From: Sminthopsis crassicaudata
Taxonomy: Eukaryota
Direction of reading: 5' to 3'
Assembly (NCBI RefSeq): GCF_048593235.1
Contig: NC_133622.1
Span: forward strand, 238,235,198 to 238,299,197
DNA length: 64,000 nt
Shown here: positions 63,460 through 64,000 of the stretch, in pieces
Layout: each line of letters opens with the position of its first letter
Position numbering within the stretch: the stretch's first letter is position 1
Made by a program: the position numbers and the translations under genes
The notes under the pieces: model-generated
Database searches by the model: none
What the model was told of the DNA's origin: nothing
The model's input: only the letters and a program-made list of their open reading frames with translations

Positions 63460-64000
63460 TATAATGGATGAAATCCTTCTAAGAAAACACTATGAATTGT
63501 ATGAATAAAAAAATCAGGTCCACTAGAGTTTGTGGAGGTGGGTGGTGAAACTTACCCTAGTATGATGGATGGGTAGAGATGCTTTTTCGTGTGTTCCAAA
63601 GAATTTTCACTTTCATGATGATATTTCTATTGGATAGAGGTGGTGGCAGTTATTCAACCTCTGAGTTAGTCAGTGATTAATGGACATATTCTCAGGATTT
63701 TTGTATTCAGGGTCTCCTTCGCCTTAGAGTTAGAAAAATAGCTATATCCAGTAATATTTTCTCTAACAATAAAAATAAAACAAAACAGATACTAAGGATT
63801 CAATAGGTGTCCTGATGACAAGAAGAAATGTATTGTGACTATGTTTATACCTTATCTACCCTTATCTAGACACTGAAAAATATATCTAAATAGAATCCAA
63901 TAAAAGTTCAGGGACCTATTTTCATACCCAGAGCTGTATTCTCAGAAGAATTAATTATCAACAGTGTCAGAAGTACTTTGCCTTTGAAATCTATTACTTT

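Overview
AT-rich, CpG-poor mammalian DNA. The L1, RTE and tRNA-derived SINE sequences point to a marsupial, probably a dasyurid (inference from repeat families recalled from memory). The window covers part of a family 4C olfactory receptor (OR) cluster: the 3' end of one gene at the left edge (OR0), four tandem plus-strand OR4C12-like genes (OR1 9959-10855, OR2 20676-21605, OR3 35226-36155, OR4 50601-51527) and one convergent minus-strand OR4C46/OR4C13-like gene (OR5 57010-57936). The plus-strand genes lie in 10-15 kb tandem duplication units that share flanking blocks, and OR0-OR3 appear to form an A-B-A-B dimer repeat. Intergenic DNA is mostly retroelement debris: old and young L1, BovB-like RTE, MIR/L2/MAR1/WSINE1-like SINEs, five solo LTRs, and a gag-only betaretrovirus-like ERV with its 3' LTR. 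There are also microsatellites and one 207-N gap. I found no convincing previously undescribed biological system. The most useful leads are OR C-terminal indels, candidate OR promoter and splice architecture, a promoter-swapping inverted L1 pair (speculative), nested transposon layering, and one unexplained coding-like segment. Repeat family names come from recalled consensus motifs, not database searches, and boundaries without a stated TSD are approximate.
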